This document shows positions 12,406 to 25,045 of a DNA stretch of 64,000 nucleotides, piece after piece. The stretch comes from Octopus sinensis. Taxonomy: Eukaryota. How positions within the stretch are numbered: the first letter of the stretch is position 1; each line of letters starts with the position of its first letter. The notes beneath the pieces are model-generated. The model was given only the letters and a program-made list of their open reading frames with translations, had not been told where the DNA came from and ran no database searches. The stretch spans positions 167,462,001-167,526,000 of the forward strand of contig NC_042998.1 of the NCBI RefSeq assembly GCF_006345805.1, written 5' to 3'. The position numbers were made by a program, and so were the translations under genes.

Positions 12406-13652
12406 GCGCAGGCGTAGCTGTGTGGTAAGAAACTGGCTTCCCAACTACATGGCTCTGGGATCAATCCCACTGCATGGCACCTTGAGTAAATATCTTTAAC
12501 TATAGCTCGGCCCGTCGTGGCGAAGTTTCGCTTGTCGTAGCACAAGTTTTCCGTCGATTTCCGTAAAAAACTTTTATTTTTTTACATAAGTAATGAGAGC
12601 GAAAGAGACTAAGAGGAAGCGATTTTATGACGAGGGAAGTTTGTCTTTGAAGTTACCGTCTAGGGGAAGCATTGATGTACATGTGTGTGTGTGTGTTTGA
12701 TGGGGTGTGGGAGACAGTATGTTGTGTAAGTGAAGTGCTTCTGTTAGTGTGTGTGAAGAGACAGAGAGAGTAATGTGTGAAAGAGAGAGATAACTGAAAT
12801 TTTTTACTCGGTGTATGTGTATATGTATGTCTGCATGTATGTGTGTGTGTATGTATCTATGTATGTGTGTGCATGTATGTATGGCCGATTCATCGTAATT
12901 ACGATGAATCGGCCATACATACATACACACACACACACATACATACACACACATACTTACACATACATACACACACACACATACATGCAGACATACATAT
13001 ACACATACACCGAGTAAAAAATTTCAGTTATCTCTCTCTTTCACACATTACTCTCTCTGTCTCTTCACACACACTAACAGAAGCACTTCACTTACACAAC
13101 ATACTGTCTCCCACACCCCATCAAACACACACACACACATGTACATCAATGCTTCCCCTAGACGGTAACTTCAAAGACAAACTTCCCTCGTCATAAAATC
13201 GCTTCCTCTTAGTCTCTTTCGCTCTCATTACTTATGTAAAAAAATAAAAGTTTTTTACGGAAATCGACGGAAAACTTGTGCTACGACAAGCGAAACTTCG
13301 CCCTTTATATGTACCACGTCTTCGCGTTGTTGAGTTTTTTGTGTTTGTTCTTCTTTTTGGGGATTTACTATATATATATACACGCACACACACACACACT
13401 CATATATATGTGCGTGTGATTGTGTGTCTTTGCATCTATGTTTGTCCCCCTAACATCGCTTGACAACCGATGCTGGCTTGTTTACGACCCCGTAACTTAG
13501 CGGTTTGACAAAAGAGACCAATACAATAAGTACTAGGCTTACAAAGAATAAGTCCTGGGATCGAATTCTTCCACTAGAAAACCCTTTAAGGCGGTGCTCC
13601 ATCATGGTCGCAGTCAAATAACCGAAACAAGTAAAAATAAAGAATAAAAGAA
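12406..13652 (+). mobile_element. OR2-like SINE split by a palindromic insert
   Basis: Head at 12406-12515, tail at ~13400-13652. Confidence 0.7.
12519..13302. repeat. Spacerless palindrome (~380/404 bp arms)
   Basis: Centre catcgtaa|ttacgatg at 12898/12899; the ORF track shows mirrored peptides on both strands. Confidence 0.95.
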
Positions 13653-13729
13653 TAGATGCAGATATGCTTGGTTTCGGATTTGGACAACTGCGCAGCGCCT
13701 TGGCACTGATGTGACAATATGGCCTGTGG

Positions 13730-14280
13730 ATGGTCGTAGTAGATGGTTTTTGTTTGTCAACGATATAAAGCTTGAGAGGACCTCTCATATGGACTTGTGG
13801 TGTATTAGAATACTTGTATTTATATCGTTGACAGAGGAGAACCGTCTGCAAAAGCCACTATTTTAATGCACCACGGCTCCATAATAAGTCTGTTCAAGGT
13901 AAATAACACAATAATTTTGTTCTAACACCACATCTAAGTTGGTGTTAAAGATTGCATTTTGGTATTATTACCGGTTCTGTTACTATGAATCATTTTTAAT
14001 TATCCCACAGGCTATTTGCAATATCAGTGCCTGACTAGACATTGATATTCTGTATACAATTCACGGGAGATTCAGTTGTGATGTTACTGCTGGACGTCTT
14101 CCGCTGAAGAGCTCAAAACAAGACGAAATTAGGTGATATGGCCATTCCGTAGTAGACGGTGCTCGTCTGCCAACGATATAAATACGAGTGCTTTGATGTA
14201 CCACGAGTGTATATCAGAGGTCTTCTTAAGGCAAATAACGCAATAGTGTGTATTCTAACACAACATACTCAAATGGTCGG
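13730..14280 (+). mobile_element. Old pLTR-type element with degenerate hammerhead
   Basis: Internal direct and inverted copies; ccg-CTGAAGA-...-GAAA-ttaggtga-TA-tgg at 14101-14141. Shares tacaccacaagtccatatgaga with 63831-63852. Confidence 0.55.
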
Positions 14281-14309
14281 TTTCCGGATTCTGTGCCGCA
14301 GTTATATTC

Positions 14310-14490
14310 CACTTCCTCCCTGAACGGAACGCCGGTCCATCGCATGGTTACTCATTTTTGTTAGCTGAGTGGACTAGAACGCGTGGAATGAAGTGTTTTA
14401 CTTAAAAACGCAATGAATCGCCCGGTCCTGGAATCGAAGCCACAGTCTTGTGATAAGTGCAACATCCTAAGCACTAAGCCCCGTACATCC
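14310..14490 (-). mobile_element. Diverged SINE (head B + tail Y)
   Basis: Similar to the 17094 copy. Confidence 0.6.
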
Positions 14491-14716
14491 ACACACACAC
14501 ACACACACACTCGTATATATACATATATATATATTTTTTTTTTCTTCCGTCTTCCCTTCTCAGGATCTTTCCCTTTCCTATGTTTTTGACGAAGAGCTCT
14601 GCTCGAAACGTTAAACCCTCCTTCTTCCTTTCCTTCCTGTGCGTCCAATAATACTATATTTGTTCCACGTCCTCGCGTTGTGTTTTCTCTTTGTGTTTTC
14701 ATGTTTGAATTAACTA

Positions 14717-14840
<124 letters not shown>

Positions 14841-14974
14841 TGTGCGCGCGTGTATACGGTTGTGGGTATGTGAGTATATATATATATATCCATATATGTA
14901 GATATATACGCTATATATATGCATAGACAAACACGCACGCATACATACACACACTAACACACATCTCTCTCACT

Positions 14975-15042
<68 letters not shown>

Positions 15043-15590
15043 CTGAACATGCGAGTGTCTAGCTGGTATCGAGGGAAAGGATGTAGGAATGATGGAGATG
15101 GCTATCACATTAATTTAGGTAATGGAGTGTCATTATTAGTAAAGTGAGTGCACGTGTTCTATTGGAATCAGACACATATCGCTCAAACGACTTACACATA
15201 TCATACGATCATAGATAGTAACACACACATATATGCTAGTGAGTATTAGTTTGTATGCGTATGTCTGTGTGTGTGTGGGGTATGCGTGCCTGTGTATGTG
15301 TGTGTGTGGTGTGTGTGTGTGCGCGCACGCGTGTGTCTAAATATTCGGCAATATTAAAAGTCTACACAACCGCGTTTTCGCCTCTCTACCTCGCACGGCC
15401 CTTCTATTTACCACATCCCGTTACCTTCTTATCCAAACCATTTTCTTTCCCATTACGCCTGAGGCAGGCAACAAGACTTGTTAGAACTCTTAGAAGTCAT
15501 ATACGCTTATCCTCGGCTTTTTCTTTTATTTGTGATCAAAACAAAGAACCGAGGATTAGCGCAAATTATTTTGTGGCAGAAAAAGAAACC

Positions 15591-15629
<39 letters not shown>

Positions 15630-15846
15630 TAGTAGTAGTAGTAGCGGCGGCGGCGGCGGTGGTGGTAGTAGTAGTAGTAGTAGTATAGTAGTAGTAGTAT
15701 GTATGTATAGAAGTTAATGTATTGGTACCAAAGTAAAATGGTTCTTATTCATTAAACAAAATCGAACAGGATTATTTTTGTAGGCGTCTACCGGACTCCA
15801 TTACGTCTCATGTGTGTATGCATGTATGTATGTATGTATATATATA

Positions 15847-15897
<51 letters not shown>

Positions 15898-15940
15898 CAC
15901 AAGACATATATGTTGTGTGTGTGTGTGTGTGTGTATGTGT

Positions 15941-16992
<1,052 letters not shown>

Positions 16993-17040
16993 ATACCTAG
17001 AAAATATGTATGTATATATATATATATGTGTGTGTGTGTG

Positions 17041-17071
<31 letters not shown>

Positions 17072-17093
17072 TATATATATATATATATAAAGT

Positions 17094-17364
17094 GGAGGCG
17101 CGTGGCTTAGTGGTTGGGGTGTCAACATCATCATCGTAAGATTGTGGTTTCGATTCCTGGACCGGGCGACGCGTTGTGTTCTTGAGCAAAACACTTCATT
17201 TCACATTGCTCCAGTTCACGCAGCTGGCAAATATGAGTAACGCTGCGATGGACTGGCGTCCCGTCCAGTTGGGGAACACATACACCATAGAAACCGGGAA
17301 ACTAGGCCCACGAGCCTGGCTAGGCTTTCAAAAGGGCGCATTTATTTATTTATTTATTTATTTA
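17094..17364 (+). mobile_element. SINE (head B + tail Y)
   Basis: ggaggcgcgtggcttagtgg head, gttcttgagcaa central domain, aacgctgcgatggactggcg tail, (ttta)n end. Confidence 0.85.
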
Positions 17365-17579
17365 TGTGATAGACTTTCCCGTCGGTTTCGACGTATGAGG
17401 CTCCGACAAAGTACTCTTTCTTTGTCAGTCATAACGCTTATATATATTCTCAACGTCACGTATTCAGAGTTGCAGGTGAATCCGAGGTTTAGTGGTTAAC
17501 CAAACAGAGACTCTGCTTTCGCTGATTATTCGGAGCTGTGTGATATAACCACTTACCGTAATTAACGATAATAAAATAT

Positions 17580-18085
17580 TGGTTCTAAATTTTGGCATAA
17601 GGCCAATAGTTTAGTCGATTAAACTGACCCCAGTGTTCAATTGGAACTTATTTCATCAACCCTGATAAGATGAAAGGAAAAGCCGGCCTTGGTGGAATTT
17701 GAACTCTGAACGTAAAGACTGACGAAATGCTGCCAAGTATTTTTCCCGGCATGCTAACGATTCTCCCAGCTCGCCACTTTTAAAACAGAAATGCACGTGC
17801 TGCGTCATTGCAAAGTGAACTCATGATGATAACACAAGAGTTCTAATATTTTCGCCAAATTAACATGCTAAACAGTAATAGCATATCGATTTCAAATGTT
17901 GGCACAGGGCCAGCTATTTTGGAGTAAGTCGATTCCATCGATCCCAGTACTCAACTGGTACTTGTTTTATCGCCCTCGAAAAGACGAAAGGAAAAGTCCA
18001 CCTCAGTAGAATTTGAACTCAGAACACGAAGACGGACGAACTGCGCTAAGCATTTCGCCCGGCGTGTTAACGATTCTGCCTTCTC
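17580..18085 (-). mobile_element. Two OK-like (Meta-domain-type) SINEs
   Basis: Reverse copies of gagttcaaattccgcc...cctttcatcctttcggggtcgataa...gtaccag at ~17580-17780 and ~17885-18085. Confidence 0.75.
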
Positions 18086-19490
18086 GTTCCTTAAACGGTA
18101 ATAAAATATTGAGCGGATATATAACCTTTTTGCATTCAAAGAGTTAAAAGGTTATATTTTCAGTGATTTTCCAGTGACCCAATGAGCTAATATTAGAGGC
18201 ATGATTAATGATTCTTATTTTTTATCCTTAGAATTCGTTTTTCTCATTAATTTGGATAATTGATAAGCGAATAATTATTATAGACCACTAGATGTGTGCT
18301 GACTGTAGAAGTCAGTCGCAAAGGAAACAAGTATCATGCCAAAAGACCATGCCTGGTAGTTCAATGTTGTCACTTGGGAGATTGATGTGCTTTTACACAC
18401 TAGATCTATAGGGAGAAAATCCCTGCAGCGGGTACCTTTCACGTTCTAGTGTGTTGGTGTATGTTAAAACTAAATGTAAAAATCATCTAATAAGAAGTAT
18501 TAAGACATTTATTGTGTATATACTTATATGAAATATGTATTTTTGGTGTATGACTATATATCTTTATTCATGTACTGATTCATTCATATCATATCACCTT
18601 CTAGAACATAACGATTACCACGACACTCAGTACTTATAAGAAGGAGCGATAAAGTTTACCGATGGGATTTTAGTCAACTAAATTCTGATAGTAAAATAGA
18701 TAGAGATTATGGTGAGTGGTATATAGTTAAAACTTATTCAACGACTTTTTTTCCGATATAACTTTATAATCTGACTACTGTTACTAATAGTAATACATAC
18801 TATTAAATCAAGTTAGTACAAAACTAAAGGATGGAATAAATTATTAAAAGAGAAAAATAATTTAAACACTTATCTGGTACATACGTCGAATTGTATTATT
18901 TCAACATACATAGATACAGAAACACTCACCCATGCATACAGAGCGATGAAATGCACGCGCATGTTATTTAGTTATATTTATACATTTATTGGAGAAAGAG
19001 CCGGTTTCCAACAACATTAGGGTGTCACTTGAGCATTCTTGTAGGCTTGTCTGTAGTGGTGACTGTTTGAGCTGATGAATGAAAATATGTTTCTTGAGCT
19101 GCATGTAGATATGACTAGAGAACACCCACGAATATTTAGCAGAAGATTTTATTATCGCACTTAAATACAAACTGCGTTGGCATTTTACAGGTAAGAACAG
19201 CAATAACTACATACCAGGAGTGAGATACTACTTGGAGTTTGAGGCAAACTATTGATACAGCAACATGCGATTTATCCAGCATAGCTAGAATCAATTGTGT
19301 CATATTCGTGGTGAAGGCGGTTCTTGGTCATCTACTCGAGCCGTTTGCGAGGGGGCTGTCTAGTGTGACAAGAATTGAAATATATGTCATTCGGCTGCCT
19401 TAGCTTTCTGCTATTAATTACTACTTGAAGGCGGCCTTCTATATAGCATAAGAAGATTCTAGAAGATTGACTCTGGTTGGTTGCTTGACT

Positions 19491-19812
19491 ATGGAGGCGC
19501 AATGGCCCAGTGGCTAGGGCAGCGGACTCGCGGTCGGAAAATCGCGGTTTCGATTCCCAGACTGGGCGTTGTGTGTGTTTATTGAGCAAAAACACATAAA
19601 GTTCCACGAGGCTCCGGCAAGGGGAGGTGGTGGCGACCCCTGTTGCACTTTTTTGCCCCAGCTTTCTCTCAGTCTCTCTTCCTGTTTCTTGAGTAACGCT
19701 GCGATGGACTGGCGTCCCGTCCATCTGGGGGGAATACATACGCCACAGAAACCGGGAAACCAGGCCCATGAGCCTGGCTAGGCTTGAAAAGGGCGCATAA
19801 ATAAAATAATAA
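19491..19812 (+). mobile_element. SINE (head A + tail Y) with TSD
   Basis: OR1-like head joined to the tail of the 17094 copy; 12 bp TSD ggttgcttgact. Confidence 0.88.
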
Positions 19813-20035
19813 GGTTGCTTGACTCTGGTAGGTTGCTTGATAGACGGATCATATGAAATTATGGTGGTTGGGTCGAGATGACTGACTGGTTATCCAGAGA
19901 TTCGATTTCGAATCACCGCTACAAGGGTTTTTGTGCATGTTTGTAGCATGTATGCAAGTAATTGGAGTTAGTGCATGTACAGAGCTATATTTTTTGTTTT
20001 ATTTATATATACTAATACATAAAGTTGCATATCTA

Positions 20036-20071
<36 letters not shown>

Positions 20072-20439
20072 CCTCTATTGCTAAACTTTAGGAAGGCTTT
20101 ACATATTTTGACAAATCCAATGATAGCTTGTATCTGTAATCTTCTTATTAACCTTGCTCTCTGAGGAACCTAATCTCTCACGATTAGTGCTGAGGCAGTT
20201 GTTACATATACTAGTGCCCTAATAATTACGGGTATAAATCTAAACTCGTAATCCGAGTAGAGTACCTTTAAATTTCTTAACAGTTTCACGTAGGTGTTTC
20301 TTTTATGCTGATCTTTAGCTATGTAGACATCCGCTGTGCATAGTTTCTCTTCTTTGTCTTAAATCAATATGTCTGGGTCTATTGCATTTTATTGAAGTTT
20401 TCACAGGGATATTCCTCTAGTACTCCTTCATATTATGAG

Positions 20440-20842
20440 TGTAGGAGTGGCTGTGTGGTAAGTAGCTTGTTTATCAACCACATGGCTCCGCGTTCAGTCC
20501 CACTACGTGGCACCTTGGGCAATTGTCTTCTACTATAATCTCGGGCCGATCAGATCCTTGTGAGTAGATTTGTAACGGAAACTGACAGAAGCCCGTCGTA
20601 TATATATGTTTGTGTGTTTGTGTGTGTGTGTGCGTGTATGCGTGTGTGTATGTTTGTGTGTCTGCGTTCCCCCACCCACCCACCATCGCTTGACAACCGA
20701 TGCTGGTGTGTTCACATCCTCGTAACATAGCGGTTCGGCAAGAGAGGTCGATAGAATAAGTACTAGGTTTACAAAGAATAAGTTCTGGGGTCGATTTGTT
20801 CGACTAAAGGCGGTGCATCCAAATGACTGAAGCAAATAAAAG
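20440..20842 (+). mobile_element. OR2-like SINE
   Basis: Full head and body; tail interrupted by a MITE. Confidence 0.85.
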
Positions 20843-21606
20843 GGATCTTTTCGGTTTGAACGGCAGTTTTTTAAAAATAATTTCTATGTAACTAAACACT
20901 TTTAAACTTCGTATACTGGTAGAATCTGTTTATAAAACATCTTTTTCTCTTGGCTTTCTTGAGAAAATTCTGTAGCTTGTAAGATATTTGTAAGATATTT
21001 TCTTCAATTTTGGAAATTTCAACCAATCAATGACGTCTATTGAGGTGAAAACATTATCTGCCGTAAAATTTTCTGGCGGTGAAATATGAAAATGTTCCTC
21101 GTTTAAGAAACAGATTGGGTTTATTTACATTTCTGAAGAAAAAAAGATACCCTTCTCCCTACCTCTAATCCTAACCCAACCCCTAACCCTAACTCTAACC
21201 TTAACCCTAAAACAGATTGAAATGCAATAGATCGATACTATGGTATAATTATGGGTGGACACTAAAGAGGGAACGGTTTTGTTATCTACCTCTGTTTACG
21301 AGTGACCTCTCAGTTTATGGCCACAGGGTATCTTTTTTCTCATGAAAAACAGGGACATTTTTGTATGACGCCGCCATAAAATGTTTCGGCAGAAATCGTT
21401 TTCACCTTAATAGACGTCATTGATTGGTTGAAATTGCCGAAAAGCAAGAAATTAAAGACCAAATATCTTAGAAACTATAGAATTTTCTCAAGAAAGCCAA
21501 GAGAAAAATATGTTTTATAAACACATTCTACTAGTATACGAAGTTAAAAATTTTTTAGTTACATAGAATTTATTTTAAAAAACTGCCGTTCAAGCCGAAA
21601 AGATCC
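20843..21606. mobile_element. MITE with ~220 bp TIRs
   Basis: ggatcttttcggtttgaacggcag / ctgccgttcaagccgaaaagatcc; apparent 8 bp TSD aataaaag; internal CCCTAA-like repeats. Confidence 0.88.
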
Positions 21607-21690
21607 AATAAAAGAATAAAAGAATGTATATAAATACACACAGACAGACACGCATACATACATACATACATACATATATACATACATACA

Positions 21691-21788
<98 letters not shown>

Positions 21789-21846
21789 ATATATACATAT
21801 ATAACAAAGTGGAGTTGTGGGGTACCGCACGAGTGGAATTATATAT

Positions 21847-22257
21847 GAAAGAAGGTTTGAAAATGCAATTTAAAAGATGTTTATTTACTTTACCGGCTTC
21901 ACTCTTTGGAAAAAGATTGTCAAAAGTAACATGTAGAAGTTTGGTTGCGTTAATTATTGGTTGTTTCAAATTGCTACATTACATATATACAGTCTTTGGT
22001 AACAGGGACATGTTAAGGACATAAAAAAGTTCAACAAGTTCCTTAAAATAATGGGCACAAAGGAACTTATTGAACTTTTTTATGTCCTTAACATGTCCCT
22101 GTTACCAAAGACTGTATATATGTAATGTAGCAATTTGCAACAACCAATAATTAACGCAACCAAACTTCTACATGTTTCTTTTGACAATCTTTTTCCAAAG
22201 AGTGAAACCGGTAAAGTAAATAAACATCTTTTAAATTGCATTTTCAAACCTTCTTTC
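21847..22257. repeat. Fold-back hairpin (198 bp arms, 15 nt loop)
   Basis: Arms 21847-22044 / 22060-22257 with about 4 mismatches; (TA)n flanks. Confidence 0.92.
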
Positions 22258-22258
22258 G

Positions 22259-22316
<58 letters not shown>

Positions 22317-22346
22317 TATATATAATATAATATATATATATATACA

Positions 22347-22854
22347 TCTATATATATAAAACTGTAGTTGTGTGAGTGTCTGTCTCCTACGATTTAGATT
22401 CCTAACTCCTCCCACATTTTGTGGTGCAGTTTAACCAAAACCGGGTATCTTATAGTCGTGATTCATATCGAGCCCGTCTGAGTATTAGCGCGCGTCTACG
22501 ATGAGTCTACGATTTTAAAAATAATCTACCATCATTTTTTATTCCATTTTAATGCATAATTTTTCGTGTGTCGATGGCGGCGGAGTTGGCGTCCACGCTC
22601 AAACACCTGCACCTGTGTTTGCTTCTCCCCCTTCTTCCCTCCCTCGTGAAGCTGTGGGGAAGGGAGTTTAAGGAAATCAACGTCGTAATGCGTTGTCAAG
22701 GAGACCAGCGTTCTTTTAGAACAACGACTTGAAGACACCAAAACAGAAATGGCTAAGAAAGCCCGAATTGGCATCTATAAAGGAAGTAACTCTCTAAAAA
22801 TGCTTATATAGTTATTTCCCTTACAAACCCGAGCAACGCCGGGCGATACTGCTA

Positions 22855-22855
<1 letters not shown>
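22347..22855 (+). mobile_element. Non-autonomous Helitron
   Basis: TC start, 3' hairpin, CTAG end. Confidence 0.8.
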
Positions 22856-22915
<60 letters not shown>

Positions 22916-22955
22916 GGGGGGTGTATCTGTGTACATATGTATGTGCGTGTGTATA

Positions 22956-23275
22956 TCTATATATATATAAAACTGTAGTTGTGTGAGTGTCTGTCTCCTA
23001 CGATTTAGATTCCTACTCCTCCCACATTTTGCGGTGTAGTTTAACCAAATTCGGGTATCTTATAGTCGTGATTAATATCGAGCCCGTCTGGCTATTAGCG
23101 CGCGTCTACGATGAGTCTACGATTTTAAAAATAATTTAACTTCATGGCTTGAAGACACCAAAACAGAAATGGCTAAGAAAGCCCGAATTGGCATCTATAA
23201 AGGAAGTAACTCTCTAAAAATGCTTATATAGTTATTTCCCTTACAAACCCGAGCAATCCCGAGCGATACTGCTAG
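22956..23275 (+). mobile_element. Internally deleted copy of the preceding Helitron
   Basis: Same 5' and 3' parts, lacking ~190 bp of the middle. Confidence 0.8.
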
Positions 23276-23324
<49 letters not shown>

Positions 23325-23335
23325 CATACACATAC

Positions 23336-23393
<58 letters not shown>

Positions 23394-24039
23394 ACGCATA
23401 CACTCACATACACGCAAAATGTTTAAAAGCATATGTGTGTGTGTATGAATGTGTATTGTGGGGCGGGGTGTAATTTATCCACCTACACACATACATTCAT
23501 ATGCTCACAGAGGAAACAGTCTAAGAAACTGGCAGAGTGACATAAAGGGGTTACACTGTAAAGAAACAGAGTTGAGGAGGAAAAGACTCTAAAAAAAGTT
23601 ATTCACATGTGTGCGGTAACCACTTCGTGACTAAATTCCTAGCGAGAAGGCTGTTCTTGTATTTCAATTAATTTCCAACATAATCCATAGTTGGGATGTG
23701 TTAGTAAGATATCTGTAACTTTATATAACTGGTATATATAATTTATATGTTGACGAACTAAATTCACATATTATTCCTCTGGTAAGGAACTTTGATCAAG
23801 ATTTTCATTTAAATAAGACTACTTTCAATGCAGGCGGTCTGAGGCAGGTAATGTTACTCTATTTCAAGGGTCGATTATTTTTACCTACATATGCATCCCC
23901 TTATATACATATATAGTTTACATTCATTTAAGCTTTTTTACTAGCTATAAGTATATACGGATGTGTTAATGTGTGTGGCTGTGTGTGTGTTTTCTTGTGT
24001 GGGCTTGTAATGTTTGTAATATTAATTTGGCACAGTCGT

Positions 24040-25045
24040 AAGAGCATCGGACTGGCTGCCGAGTAATGTTTGATCCGGCTCTCTGCAACCGGGTTCAAAT
24101 TTCGCCTAGTTATATTTTCCTTTTGGGGTCGATAAATAAAATGCCAGTCTATTTTATCGTCGGGCGACATGTGTTGCAACCACTGTCTTTCTTTTTTTCC
24201 CCATCTGTGCGTTTTAAGACCAAATTCTGCATCTTATCTCGCAAGGAAAAAGAAAATAATTTTAAACTAAATATTGCTGTTTGAAAAACAGAGAAAAGTG
24301 ATATTGGAAGGGCGGAGAAGCGTGCCGCGGAATTTGCATAAAGTTTGAGCTAGAGGAGAAAAACATATACTGCATAGTTGATCAAGCTTCGCTAGATTGA
24401 AGTATGTAGTTTTATATTTAAACTGATAATTAACATAGTCTCTAATTTGGCACTATGCCAGAAAACCTGAGGAAAGGGATCTAGCCAATTGCATCGATCT
24501 CAGTACTGTGTCGATACTTTATTTAATCAAATCCAAAAGGATGAAAGGTAAAGCTGACTTCGGCGGTATTTGAACTCTGAATATGAATAGCCGAATGATA
24601 ATTGTTTTTACTTTAGAGACAAAAGCCCAAATTTTAAAGGGTGAGAGTTAGTCGTTACTGTTGACTCCAGTACTTGACTGGTATTTCATCTTATCGACCT
24701 CGGAGGCATGAAGGCAAAGTTGACCTCAGCGGAGTTTGAACTTTGACGAAATTCCGCAAATCATCCCTGTCTGGTTCGCTATCATTCTGCGTATCCATCA
24801 CCCTTATCTTGGTATTTATAATAATAATCAGAGAAGTATGGATTAGAATTGATAGGGTGCCTCACAAAATGACTTCCATTATCTCTTCAGGCTGTTTACG
24901 TTCTGCGTTCAAATCCCGCCGAGATTAAATTTGCATAATTTAACCTGGGTGGCCAGTAAAATAATGTACCTGTGATGTAATTGGACAGATGGTATCAACT
25001 AAGTACGTTCCCGCAAAATTGCTAGTTTTGTGCCTAAATTGGAAA
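24040..25045. mobile_element. Cluster of about 4 diverged OK-like SINEs
   Basis: ggggtcgataaa and tttgaactc motifs in both orientations. Confidence 0.6.
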
